From NCBI GenBank assembly GCA_964234715.1, contig OZ174281.1: a DNA stretch of 64,000 nucleotides, one strand, 5' to 3'. Shown here one piece after another: positions 27,301 through 39,593 of this stretch (position 1 is the first letter of the stretch; each line of letters begins with the position of its first letter). Origin of the DNA: Podarcis melisellensis (Eukaryota). Position numbers and translations under genes: made by a program. A model generated the notes under the pieces. The model made no database searches. It had not been told where the DNA came from and saw only the letters and a program-made list of their open reading frames with translations.

Positions 27301-28111
27301 TTTGAGCACTTGGGAATTGTTTCTTCCTCTACTAACATCAGTATGAGAACAGGGCTCAATTGTGCAATTAAAGGTGTACAAGCCTTTTCTCCTTTTTCCA
27401 TCTGGCCACCCTAATCAGCACCTTCAGTTTCCAATTTGGGGGCAGGGCTTATGTCCCCCTCAGAGTAGCTTACAAAAAATTAAACTAGTGAATGGCTTGT
27501 TTTCCAGCACAGAGGCAAAGTGATTAGGAAAGTTTCAGCTGCTTAATTTATGCAAGTTGGGCTGCTGCTATTGGCATGGTGGAAAAATGCATTTGAAATG
27601 GAGTATTCCAATTAATTATTTTCCCACCTCTGTCAAAAGTAGCCCATTGGCAACCTGGGATACCCAAAAAGTATTCCAGTTCACTGGAAAATGCTACTGT
27701 TTGGAGGAATGAGTCTCGGAAGAACACAAAGAGTTCCACATAATGAAAACCAAGTCTATGATTTATAATGGTTAAATCCTCACATGCAAAAGGATCCCAG
27801 GCTCAGTTTCTGCCATCCCACAATATAGCTTTGGGATACTCACTGCCTTTTAGTGTCCTGAGCTACATGGGTCAATTATCTGACTCTGCAGATAACTATA
27901 GGGGATGCAAAACTCTTCTGTAAACCTTAAAAGCCAGTGACATTTTCTAGGAGCCAGCTGGCAGGGAGACAGACCCGTGTGCCAGTGAAAGGAGGGCGGT
28001 CATTTTTTTGTGCTGATATGTTTTGGTCTTCCCGCTTTGGGCATAGAAAATAATCTGGTGAGTGGAAGTAACTGGGCTAGGAAAGGCAGATAGTAAGAGG
28101 AGTCTGCAGCT

Positions 28112-28260
28112 AGGTCTCACAAACAGCAACAACTCTGAGGTAGATTAGGCCCAGAGATCGTGAGTGGCTCAAAGTCAAGCAGTGAACTTCCTGGCTGAGT
28201 AATGATTTAAATCCTTATTTCCCAGGTCCTAGTCCGACACTCATTAACGACTACGCAATG
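28112..28260 (-). mobile_element. MIR-like/Squam3 SINE, decayed
   Basis: Reverse-complement similarity to the 63477 copy. Confidence 0.6.
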
Positions 28261-28261
28261 C

Positions 28262-28504
28262 CATACCCTCCAACATGCCTCAGATGAAAATGGGGACATT
28301 TATCACTCCCCACAACTAACCCTCTTCTGCCCCCCATTTTTGTCCCCTCAGACCATTTCCACCACACCAATGGGACACAGCACACACACCCTCCACTGTC
28401 CTGAAAAAAGCAATTAACCCTGATTTTAATTCTTTGGTAGATTTACAAAAAGAAACACCAAGAAATAAATTTTAGAAAGGTTTCAGATTAGATGCGGATG
28501 CACA

Positions 28505-28538
<34 letters not shown>

Positions 28539-28893
28539 TTCCTTGCACTCTGCTCTGCTTCCCCTTCTCACCTAGGGTGGCCCTGCTCTCTGCCAGCACC
28601 TCAGGGCTGGTGTGTCATGCAAGGTTGGGCCTTGCCAACGACAGCATTTCCTCATTACCCTCCTCTCCAGCAGCCGCTACGAGTTGCTCAGGGAAAGAGG
28701 CCAGCAGTGGCAGCCATGTAGTGGCAACAGGATGCTCTCTCTCTGCCACCATTGCTCGGGAAAAGCGTTGGCTCATCCTCTTCCCCGAGCTTGGCAGGGA
28801 AAATAAGGACATTCTGGGATCTGATCAGAAGCCAGGATGGCTTTTTGCAATTCCAGATCTGTCCTTGGAAAATAGGGAAACTTGGAGGGTATG
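28262..28893. mobile_element. Non-autonomous DNA transposon (hAT-like)
   Basis: 12-bp TIR cataccctccaa/ttggagggtatg; no clean TSD; contains a (GT)n tract. Confidence 0.6.
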
Positions 28894-29072
28894 CAAGACC
28901 CACTGGCTCTTCAGACTTTGAACATCCAAAATTGTAAATACACCTGAAATGGGCAACTAGTTTAAGCATCACTGTAGCTGAACTCAGTTAACCACGCACC
29001 GTCTTCCCCTATGCCCTGCCAATTAATTTTCACATGCAGGTAGAAAATGTTACATCCCCGCTAGCAAATCTC

Positions 29073-29450
29073 GCCAGTGTGTTCCAGTGGTTAGAGTGCT
29101 AGACTAGGATCTGGGTGGTCCATAGCTGTCAACCTTCCCCTTTTTTTGTGGAAAATTCCCTTATTCCAGCACCGTTTCCCGCTGCTTCCCACTGCTACCC
29201 TGGATTGTTAGATATCCCGTAGACTGTCTCCGGGACAGGTGAGCTTGCTGATCCCTTGTTTTCGAGGCTGCTGATCCCTTCTTTTCAAATCTGAGAGTTG
29301 ACAGCTATGGGGTGTTCTCGGCTCAAATCCCCTTAGCCAGGAAGCTCACTGGGTGACCTTGAGTCAGCCACAGTCTCTCTCTGCCTGACCTACCTCACAA
29401 GGGTAGTTCCAAGGTTCCCTGGGAAGGGGGGAATGAGTATTAAACCAAAT
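29073..29450 (+). mobile_element. MIR-like/Squam3 tRNA-derived SINE (interrupted)
   Basis: A-box cagtggttagagtgctagact, then after the insert gaagctcactgggtgaccttgagtcag...cctacctcacaaggg; homologous to the 63477 copy. Confidence 0.75.
29121..29309. mobile_element. hAT-type MITE nested in a tRNA-derived SINE
   Basis: Perfect 13-bp TIR catagctgtcaac/gttgacagctatg; 8-bp TSD gggtggtc/gggtgttc. Confidence 0.88.
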
Positions 29451-31789
29451 TAAGGTTGTAATGCCTAGACGATTACAGCTCAGTGTACAGTACACATCCG
29501 ATTTTTGGAACTAAAACTCACGGTATCCTTTATAGTTTAAACCTTGGGTTAGCTATCTTAATGCCTTTATCTACAGTGGCACAGACATATTAGTACTGTA
29601 TGTTTCCTTCATATACAACACTAAAAGCAGCCCCCATGCTGCCTGCATATGAGTTAATGTTTTAGTTATATTCTAGGAAATGGGTGTGTGTGTGTTAAAT
29701 TTTTTGAATTGTATATTGAATTGCTCTGGATGTGAACAACAGCAAAATTCAGACTGCGGAACTGCAAAAACACCCTCAGTCTACACAGGAAGAGGCGGCT
29801 TCATCTTGGAGAAAGTTGCCAGAGGGGCTGTGTGGAACTAGGCCCAATTACCTAATTAGCAGCTAATTAGGAGAAGAACACTAGCCAGAAATGAGAGCAA
29901 ATCCGAAGGGATTGTGTGTGATGAAGTTAACCTTGCTTCACCCTTTTCTCTCTCACACACAAAAACACGTACTTGCTCTTAGTACAGAAATGAATAAAGA
30001 TCTGGCCACAACAGAAGCAAACAGTAAAATATGTGGCTATAAAATTATAATAAAATATTATCTGGAAGATAATGGCAGTTAAGATTTAGGATTGCCATCC
30101 CAGTGCAATATATGTTTCTGAGCTTTTATCTTCTACCCATTATGCAGTTGTTGAAAGCTTGGGGCCTTTTCTCAAGGGGATGGGGAAATGTGGCAATACT
30201 TCTTACAGCCCAGTCCATACCTGTGTTCACTGAGAAATGAGTCCTATTGATTCCAATGTTGATTAACCTGCAGGTGTGCATGTTTAAGATTGGGCTTTAG
30301 CTGCAGATTACAGGGTGTCCTTTGGGACTGAATTTCATCCAACTTTATGTTCTCTCTCTTGTCTGCAATACCTTTCTGTACCTTTTAATAACTTTCTGGA
30401 TGGGTTGTCATGTTATTCTGCCACTAAGGCAGAATAATGCCTCTCTGTGAGGAACTTCTAAAATAAAAAATATGAGGGTTAATTTGAGTTGTACCAGATG
30501 CAACTATTTCTATGTGTACCAGGGGGACTTGCATTTATTGATTATTCCTCTCCCAAACCAGGTTTGAAAATGAGGGTAGCAGTTTGTCCGCCTCCTCCCT
30601 GCCCCAAGTGGGTTGTGAAATCCCCCCCCCAAAAAAAAACCTCCTCAACGTATTAGATGTACATAGGCATGCCTAAGCAGCTCTTTGGGTGCCAGCCTAT
30701 GAATCTTGTGACAGCAATAAAACCTGTTTGCTACAGCAGCAGGAGTCCATAATGGGTTGAGCAACAGCTGCCACCTAAACATGTTCTGTTCATTGCAGAC
30801 TTAAGAAAAGCTGATCCAAGTCTGCCACCTATTGTCTCTTTCAAGCAAAAGCCTCATAAGCTTTTGAACAGAACAACCCCAGCTCTTTTTGTAACAAAAA
30901 AGAATGTAGCAGGTTTGTTTTAAAAATAAAGTAAAATGAAGACTGTGACAGGATGATTTTCTGAAACGTAATAATACATTTAAGAATAGCCAACCACTGG
31001 GCCTCTTATTTACAGGGCAATACTATTCATGTTTGCTAAGATGTAAAGGAAAACCTATAGGGCTTATTTCCCTGGAAAGTGTTATATAGAACTGCAGCTT
31101 TAGGCATCTAAATAAGGCACCTGCGTGCCTTGGTATCCAAACTGTGGACATGGATTATAAAACATCAAGCAGCCTCCCCAAAACAGCATCTAGACAAGAC
31201 TAGGAGGGCTTCTATGGGGCAGGCATTTCATATACATTGAGAGAAGGGCCTCATACAGCCGTAGGCTTTGCCCAGCCAGCCCCAGGAAAGTTTGCTTAGG
31301 GCTGTGCTGCAGATGGTTAAATTTCAGCAGCAATGCAGCTTGTAACAGAACTGAGATCCACTTGGTATGCTGTCAGTGTGACAGGTGTCTTTATAGTTTG
31401 GGTTGCCACTTTTGCTCCTTGTGTTGCTGGACCAGTGGTATTAGCAAAATCGGGTGAGTAGTGTTTTGGGTAGGCAAGCGATCTGAAATCCTAATTTGCT
31501 GTCTAGAACAGTTAAAAAGTGGCCCACTTTTTACTCCTTGGGAGTAAATACCATTGCACTAGGTAGGATTTACTCATAAATAAGCAGGTTTAAACTTACA
31601 TCGTGGAAATAGTAGGCCAGTAAAAGGATTAGTCAAAGCGATATCCTGCAAGGTTTTCACCTTTAGTCTACCCTTCCCCAACCTCGTGCCCTCCAGATTT
31701 TTGGGGCTACAAATTGAAGACTCCTAGGTCGGATGAGGCTGTTTCAGTCCGATGCGTCTCCAGTGCAACAAAATCCCAGTAGCAATATT

Positions 31790-32350
31790 ACGCACGCCAA
31801 GTTTGCTCGCGCCTCAGGGTTGGGAAAGACAAGCGGCTCTAGGGCCTCCGAGGCCGCCGCCGCCGCCGCGACTTCTTCCTCCTCCTCCCCTTCCCCACCC
31901 CTTGGCTGGGCGGGCCGGCGGCTGCGCGGCCCGAGCCGGGCGGAGCTCCCTCGCGCCGAGGCGTCGTTGCCGCTTGGCCGGTCGCGGCGGCCTTGGCAGA
32001 GAGCGAGCTCCGCGCTGCCCGCCGGCCCCTTCTACACAGGCAGGTTTGCGCGTCGGGTTGGGCGAGGCGGCCGAGCGCCCTCTCCGGCTCCACCCGCCTC
32101 GCCCCCTTTCCCTGCTTCCTTCTCGGCTTTCCTGACGACCCTCGAGCGCCGCCTCCGCTGCCGCCTCCCTCTTCTGCATCTACCCGGCCGGTTCCTATAG
32201 CGGTGGCCCGGGGTTCTCCCTCCCTCTGGTGCCCAAGCTGGCCGCCGCTTTTTCCAGCCCTCCTCGCGCTCTCCTCCTCCTCACGTGCATCACCCGTTCT
32301 TGTCAGCTCCCCGGTCCCACGTGCCATTTCTGGGCCGCTGCCTTCTTACC
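31790..32350 (+). promoter_or_regulatory. TBC1D7: CpG island / TBC1D7 promoter and probable non-coding first exon
   Basis: Sharply GC- and CpG-rich unique sequence with GGGCGG boxes and a (GCC)5 tract, ~2 kb upstream of the ATG exon, which itself starts at a splice acceptor. Confidence 0.85.
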
Positions 32351-32454
32351 TGCTTCCCTCAACCCACCATCGTCTATATTTTTTTTCCAGCACTCCTTCA
32401 TCTCCTGTAGCGTATTGACGCCCCTTACTTCCTATACTCGCAGCGTTCATTCAT

Positions 32455-32665
32455 TCGTTTGTTTATTATATTTCCATACCAACATTTCCTTCAAGGTGGG
32501 GGACGTGGTTCTCCCCCCCCCCATCCGCACCCAGTTTTATCTTCACAACAACTCAGTGAGGTAGGTTAGGCTGAGAGGAAAGCAGCCACTGGTCCAAGGT
32601 CACTCATGGCGAGCTTCATGGCTGAGTAGGGATTCGAAGCCAGGCCTTTCAGGTCTTAGTCCAAG
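32455..32665 (-). mobile_element. MIR-like/Squam3 SINE
   Basis: cttcacaacaactcagtgaggtaggttaggctgagag...gagcttcatggctgagtagggattcgaa is the reverse complement of the 63477 type. Confidence 0.75.
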
Positions 32666-32682
32666 GCTTGCAAAATATTCTT

Positions 32683-32754
32683 ACATTGCAGGCGGTGGGG
32701 CTAGATGACCCTTATGGTCCCTTCCAGCTCTACAATTCTGTGATCCTATGATTC
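32683..32754 (+). mobile_element. CR1-type 3' tail (CR1 or POM SINE remnant)
   Basis: ctagatgacccttatggtcccttccagctctacaattctgtgatcctatgattc, with the CR1 ATTCTRTG terminal octamer. Confidence 0.75.
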
Positions 32755-33457
32755 AGACTGTTTTGCTGCACTATCAGGCATTTGACCCGCCTAGCTCATA
32801 TTATGAGTGGCAGGGACCAGGGTTTCAGACGTGGGTTTCTCCCTGCAGTACCTGGAGATGCTTAGGGACTGAACCAGGGATTTTCTGCTTGCAAAGCAAA
32901 CGTTCTGCCACTGAGCCACAGGCCACACTTTCAAACCTAAACGTCTTCTCTTGCAAATATATTACCTGTTATTGCACCGCTGCCTTCATTTGCTGCTTCC
33001 CAAGTGTTTACAAACCCATCTTCTCTCACTCCACCTCATCCTCCAAGAAGCATCCCAGTTCCTCCATTCCTCACTTTTCTGTCCTGTAGCCAGAGATTCA
33101 AAAGCATCTAGTATCTCCTTGTACTTAATTTCATGATAATTTTTTTACATATCAACCTTTTGTAGGTGGATATTGGCTGAAACGTTTCTCTTCTGAGGAA
33201 ATAAGTAAGGAAGGTTTTAAGATGCTAGTGAGCTTTTTTGCAGTGTGGAGGAATGGCCACTTTGCATTAGATTTTTAATAAGCTTTGCCTCAGATTTGTT
33301 GAAAACAGACATTTAAACTTGTTAACTGTTCACGTTGGCAAATTCAATAAGTAAGCTCCATGCACACAATGCACTAGACCCTTTGCCTATAAACGATTAC
33401 ACCATTATGAAATTGTAAACTTACTTAAGTTGCCAGGGGACTGTACTCCCCCCCCCC

Positions 33458-33495
<38 letters not shown>

Positions 33496-34341
33496 CCAGG
33501 CTGACATAACACTCATGTTTTGCAGCTGCCTGGATGTGACAGCTCTGTGCAGCTGCAATCCTAACCCCACTTACTTGAGAGTAAGCCCGATTGAATTCCA
33601 TAGCACTTACGTCCGAATAGATATGGTTAGGATTGCATTCTGGCACATTTATGATGCATTACTCTAGAACCCAAAAACTTCTAATAAAATGAATAGCCTT
33701 TTAAGGTGACAAAAACCTCTTTGTTTTTGCTGCAACAGATCACTTTTGGATATAGCTGCTGTTCAGGAAGTTTCTAGCTTCAAATTATGTATTTATAAAC
33801 ACACAAAAGTATTTTTATAATGCCATAACATAAAATATTAGTAAAAAAAATAGTATTTTATTAGCTGCATTCCATAGAATTGTACCAAGGTGATGTATAG
33901 TAAAAGCAGTGGAAAACACAGCAGCACATACATTTAAAACAAAATTAAAACCATAGATTGTATTAAAATTCAAGGCGATGTATAAGATTAAAACAAAATG
34001 CAATTTAAAACAGGGCAGATAATCATTAAAGTGACTGGCTGGTAAAATAATTAAACAGCTACAAAGGACTGTTGCCAGGAAAAAGTCTTCAAGAGGCACC
34101 TGAAAATCTATTTCTAAGTATGTTTATAATATGTAAAATATTCCTGCATTGCATTGCAGTGGTCATGGAGGGGAGCTTGGACCATGAAAGGAAGCCTGAA
34201 AACTGGGGAAGAGTCCACACTGCACTGTTGAAGCTCTGAAAAAGGAACACTGCACTTTTCATTGTTTTGTAGTCATAATAATACTTTATTTTTTTGCAAG
34301 CCATCATGATTAATGATCTGTTTTCCCCCACAGACTGAAAC

Positions 34342-34453
34342 ATGGCTGAAGATCCTCAGAGAAATTTCCGATCGGTGTATTATGAAAAAGTAGGATTTCG
34401 TGGTGTTGAAGAAAAGAAATCACTGGAAATTCTTCTGAAAGATGATCGGCTTG
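34342..34453 (+). CDS. TBC1D7: TBC1 domain family member 7 (TSC complex subunit), coding exon 1
   Basis: Acceptor ttttcccccacag ends at 34333; ATG in aacATGg context; [37 protein letters not shown]; donor G|gtatg; 112 nt. Confidence 0.96.
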
Positions 34454-35735
34454 GTATGCTTGGTAGAAGACCATTTTATATCACACATTCTGTTAGAGCT
34501 CACTTAATTGCAAGCCTGTGCATGTTTACTTGAAGGAAAAGCCCGTTTGACCCAGTGAGGCTTGCTTCTCATTTAAAGGCAAACTTGTCAAGTTTGCACT
34601 TTCCAAAACAATATGTGAATTGAAACACATTGCACTTGTCAAAATTTGCAGTGCGGTTCTCTAGCTAAGCTGTGTGTACAAAAATGCATCTTAGAGAAGA
34701 TTCCATGCAAAACTGCATATTTACAAACTGCATGTATAATGTTTTTTCATTAGGAGAAATTTGCACCAAAATGTTGAATTTTCATAGGGATATTTTTAAT
34801 AATAAAAAAAATCACAAATTGCATCAGAAATGTGAATTCAGGATTGGAACAATGACAAATTGAGGGAATTGACAGATTTGTCTATCCCATTGCCTCAGTA
34901 ATTTTTGCTTTTCCCCCAGATTGGCTTACACTCAGCCTCAGTCTGTATATTCTACCCAGAAGGGCATGGAAACATTTCTCATTTTCCTCTAAGGCAGAAT
35001 ATTTTGTGTGAATTGAAGATTATGTGATGTCTTTTTGGGGAATGGAATAGATACACACACACTTGTGTGTGAATGAATGTTTGTTAGTTCACACAAAACA
35101 TTCTGTTCTCTCACAACATGTGGAGCGTAACCTAAGACTTAATGTGAATGATCTCTCCTCTGTTTCCAGCTTTCCCTGAGATAACTGTATGGAAAAGGAT
35201 TCTGGACCTATCTGCACTATACGTTTAGAGCAGTATACTTCCACTTTAAACAGTCCTGACTCCTCCCAAAGAATTCTAGAAACTACAGTAGTTAGTTTGC
35301 CTTACTCTTTGTGCTTACTCTTTATAATTATGTGCATGTGTATAAATACACACACACACACACACATCTAACATCTTTTTGTAGGGAGTGCCCTTGGCCC
35401 TTTTTGAAGGAAGCCAGATGTATTTGATTTTTAATACTTTTGATAAGCTATTTTTTTAATTTTGAATTGTTATAATTTGTATTGTTTGTATTCGATTTTG
35501 TGTGCTTATTCTTTGTTACTCGCGTTTATTTTTTAAAAAACTGAAAGACGCTATCTAAATAGTAGTATAACACAACAATACCCGGAGTTCCCAGGGAAAA
35601 AGGAATTAAGCATTAAACTGTTCTGGGGATTGTCATTCTGTGAGGGGAATATGGGTCGCCTAACAATTCTCAACAGCTTTACCAAACTACAGTTCCCAGG
35701 ATTCTTTGGGTGAAGCCATGACTTGTATGGTAGTA

Positions 35736-36734
35736 CAGTGGTGCCTCGCAAGACGAAATTAATTCGTTCCGCAAGTCTTTTCGTCTTGCGAGTTTTTCGT
35801 CTTGCGAAGCATGGTTTCCCATAGGAATGCATTAAAAATCAATTAATGTGTTCCTATGGAAACCGAACCGCCTTCAGACCAGGTCTGGGGACAGTCTGTC
35901 CCCCGACCTCTTCTGAAGGCTGGCGGGGGCGAAAGTCTTTGCTTCCCCCCCGCCTGCCTTCCCGGGACAGTCCCGGGGGCTTTTAAAATGCTGGCGGGCG
36001 GCAGCGAAGCCTTCGCTGCCGCCCGCCAGCATTTTAAAATGGCCCCGGAACAGCGGAGGAATTCTCAGCTGTCCCGGGGCGATTTAAAAGCCCCCGGGAA
36101 GGCAGGCAGGGGGACAAAGACTTTTGCCCCCCGCCCGCCTTGGGAAGAGGTCCCTCTTCCCAAGGCGGGCGGGGGGCAAAAGTCTTTGCTCCCCCCTGCC
36201 TGCCTTTCCGGGAGAGCGGGAAGGCAGCGCTCCCCCCCGCCTGCCTTCAAAAGCCGTCCGGGGGCTTTTAAATCGCCCCGGACAGTCCCGGGGCGATTTA
36301 AAAGCCCCCGGTTAGGCAGGCAGGGGGGGCAAAGACTTTTGCCCCCCGCCCGCCTTGGGAAGAGGTCCCTCTTCCCAAGGCGGGCGGGGGGCAAAAGTCT
36401 TTGTTTCCCCCGCCTGCCTTCAAAAGCCGTCCGGGATAGCGGGAAGCGCTTCCCTGCTATCCCGGACCGCTTTTAAAATGCTGGCGGTGGGGAGCAAAGC
36501 CTTTCGCCCCCGCCGGCCTTCCTGGACCTCTTCTGAAGTCCGGAGGGGGGGAAAAGGCTTTGCTCCCCACCGCCAGCATTTAAAAAAAGGTCCCCGAGAT
36601 TTCCCTATGGGCTTTCGTCTTGCGATGCAAGCCCATAGGGAAAATCGTCTAGCGAAGCGTCGCAAAAACCGAAAAACCCTTTCGTCTTGCGGGTTTTTCG
36701 TCTTGCGAGGCATTCGTCTTGCGGGGCACCACTG
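35736..36734. mobile_element. Tigger-like MITE, 'gcaagacgaa' subfamily, ~1 kb with palindromic GC-rich core
   Basis: Same TIRs and subterminal repeats as 23210; TA TSD; multiple internal inverted repeats. Confidence 0.9.
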
Positions 36735-37001
36735 TACAGTAGGAGTGGGCAACTTCCAACTGCTCTGAGACTCCAGCTCCCATTTGTCCAAGCCAATATG
36801 ACCAATGGTCAGAGATTATAGGAGTTGTAGTCCAGTCGCAGATTTCACATGTCTGGGGGATACTTCTTTGTTTAAAAAACAGGTACTGTACTAGTTATTA
36901 GTTCTGTTGGGTTACTGAAGTTGAGAATGCATATATGTATATGTATGTGTGTGTGTGTGTATAAACAGTATATGTGTGTATTTATGTGCAGGTGTATAAA
37001 T

Positions 37002-37033
<32 letters not shown>

Positions 37034-37109
37034 TAAAGATGGCTTCATTTTAAAAGCAACTAATTTTGTGTTTGTTCAATTATCATTTATTTATTACACT
37101 TCACCGGTA

Positions 37110-37331
37110 CAGTGGTTCCTTGGTTCTCAAACTTAGTCCATTCAACTCCTGAAATGGTTCAAAAACGGAGGCGCAGCTTCTGATTTGCTGCAGGAGCTTC
37201 CTGTACTCAAGTGGAAGCTGCGTCGGATGTCTGGCTTCCACAAAATGTTTGCAAACAGGAACGCTTACTTCTGGGTTTGCAGCATTCAGGAGTCGATTTG
37301 TTCGGGAGCCAAGCCATTCAAGGTACCACTG
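37110..37331. mobile_element. Tigger-like MITE, related older subfamily
   Basis: ta|cagtggttccttgg ... aaggtaccactg|ta. Confidence 0.8.
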
Positions 37332-37673
37332 TATTTCAAAAAGGCACCCATTTTGTGGTTTCAAATTTAATTACTTTTGATTGACAGCAGCTGATGAGTC
37401 AACCAAAAACTCCTACAAACTATTTTACCCTTTACCATAAATCTTTTGAATATAGGTTTTTATTTTGCAAAAGGACTAAAAGTGGAAAAAGCACGTGTTT
37501 TAAATTGGGTTTGTTAATCTTGAAAAGCCCGAATGATTCTTTGATGCCTCCTAGAAGCATGATTGGTGCTGTACACTTACAGATGTGTCCTGGTTGGCGT
37601 CAGTTATGAAGAGATGCTTCATAACTCCGTTCGAGTTCTAAAATGGTGTTTGTTCTTAAAACCCCCTTCACAG

Positions 37674-37754
37674 ATATTGAGAAGCTCTGCACATTCAGTC
37701 AGAGGTTTCCTCTCCCATCCATGTATCGGATCCTTGTGTGGAAGGTGCTTCTAG
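37674..37754 (+). CDS. TBC1D7: TBC1D7 coding exon 2
   Basis: cag|AT...G|gtaag; (D)[26 protein letters not shown]; 81 nt. Confidence 0.96.
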   Translation: MLRSSAHSVRGFLSHPCIGSLCGRCF

Positions 37755-38067
37755 GTAAGATGATATGGGGAAAGCAGATTTTTCATTAGCAACATAAGGG
37801 CAGCTTTGGACATATGCTTAGTGTAATGGTAATGAAAGCCAATCCATGCTTTGAATGCTCCATTGAAGAAGCCTTTGCATGACATCGGGGACAGGACTAG
37901 TTAATGCTCGCGTATTTGTTAAGTTCTTGAGCATTCCTTGTATCCATGGCTTATAGTACTTAGTTGATCAGAGAAAAACAACAACTGCTGTCAGAAGATC
38001 TAACCTTCCACCGCAACGTGCAAGTACATGCAAACCTAGTTCTCCTTTCTCTCTCTTCTTTTTCCAG

Positions 38068-38255
38068 GAATTCTTCCTCCTCACCATGAATCTCACGGGT
38101 TTGTGATGCGATGCCGAAAGGAGCAGTATAAGGACGTGCATCATGCGCTCCGAGTAATTCGCTTTATCAAGGATTCTACCCCACAGGTTGAAGTTTTCCT
38201 CCGAATATACCAGCTGGAGTCGGGAAAGCTTCCTCGGAATCCATCTCTCTCTTCG
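38068..38255 (+). CDS. TBC1D7: TBC1D7 coding exon 3
   Basis: ttttccag|GA...TCG|gtcagt; (G)[32 protein letters not shown]...[13 protein letters not shown]; 188 nt. Confidence 0.95.
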
Positions 38256-38452
38256 GTCAGTCGTGCTGAAATTTGCCCTCGACAATACTCCTTTGTATGA
38301 AGGCCCAAATCTTTTCCATCTGAAATTCTGCTAGAGTGAAGAAACTGTATAGTGGCCACATGAACTGCAGTATCTTGAGAGGTCAAATTCAGGCTTAACC
38401 AGAGATACTGTAAACAGGGCTTAGGGAAAGCACGTTCTGGTACCATCCAGGG

Positions 38453-38588
38453 CAGGCACCCCCAAACTCGGCCCTCCAGATGTTTTGGGACTACGATTCC
38501 CATCATCCCTGACCACTGGTCCTGTTAGCTAGGGATGATGGGAGTTGTAGTCCAAAAACATCTGGAGGACCGAGTTTGGGGGTGCCTG
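38453..38588. mobile_element. Palindromic hAT-type MITE
   Basis: Near-perfect fold-back caggcacccccaaactcgg...ccgagtttgggggtgcctg; 8-bp TSD atccaggg/atctaggg. Decayed relatives near 36740, 38780, 53220 and 61910. Confidence 0.88.
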
Positions 38589-39059
38589 ATCTAGGGCATG
38601 TCACAGAATGAATTTCCCTTGTAGTTAGTGGCAGACATCCAAGCTGGAAGTTAGCAGCCACAGTAGGATTGGGTTGCTGAGAAAATATCCCTCAGTATGG
38701 TTACCTTGAATGGGAAGCAAATCCCTGTCATATAAACTCTCTGGAGAAGGTATAATTAGCCCTCTTTAACACTTGGATGAGGAACCTATAGCTCACCAGA
38801 TTTTGTTGTTGGACTAACTCTCATAAACCTCAGCCAGGATTTTCAATGGTCATGGATGATGGGAGTTGTAGTCCAGAAATATATTGGTGTGCTGCAACTT
38901 TGTCCTCCCTGTTTTAGCACATAACAGAACATGGTGGCACCTTATAACAGAGGAGCAAAATTATTATATGTTGTCAAATAACAAAGTTGACTGGAACATG
39001 CTGTTCCGTGAATGTGTTGCCTCTTGATAATCCCATGCCGTGGCTGCTTTGCGTTCCAG

Positions 39060-39197
39060 GAAGCTGAGGACGAGGTATTCCTTGCCATTGCTAAAGCTAT
39101 GGAAGAAATGGTAGAAGATCACATTGATTGTTATTGGCTCATCAGTAGCTTTGTGAACCAGTTGAACAATAAGTACAAGGATTCAATACCACAGCTG
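39060..39197 (+). CDS. TBC1D7: TBC1D7 coding exon 4
   Basis: ttccag|GAA...CTG|gtaaga; [46 protein letters not shown]; 138 nt. Confidence 0.96.
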
Positions 39198-39593
39198 GTA
39201 AGAATATTATATGCATACATATCTACATATCTGCATTCATCTATTCACACAGGAACAGTATAGTGAGATTACAGTATAGAAGTTGTACATCTTCTATGTT
39301 GTTGCTGTTTCTGACAAGCTCTTGCACAAATACCCTGTGTGGACTTGGAAACTGAATTATGCTCTGGATTCTTTTTTTGGAGGGGACGAGGGAAATGCAG
39401 TGCAAGTTTCTAGAACAGCAGTGCAGTGACTAGTGGGTAGCTCAGGGCTGACTAATCTGTAGCCCTAGAGATGTAGCTAGGCTGCCATCTCCCAGCCAAT
39501 GTGGTCAACAGACTTCTAATAAATATCACAGGGATTGGAATGCTGATGACAAAGAATGCAGTCAAGGTTTTGGCATATATTCAGTTGTGTGTA

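Noticed and set aside
31733-32418. Overlapping 121-162 aa ORFs on both strands
   Set aside because: Low-complexity Ala/Pro/Arg/Gly translations expected from a stop-poor CpG island; no recognisable domain.
35856-36791. 206-aa and other ORFs
   Set aside because: They lie within or mostly within the palindromic MITE. Repeated peptides on both strands reflect DNA symmetry, and there are no transposase motifs.
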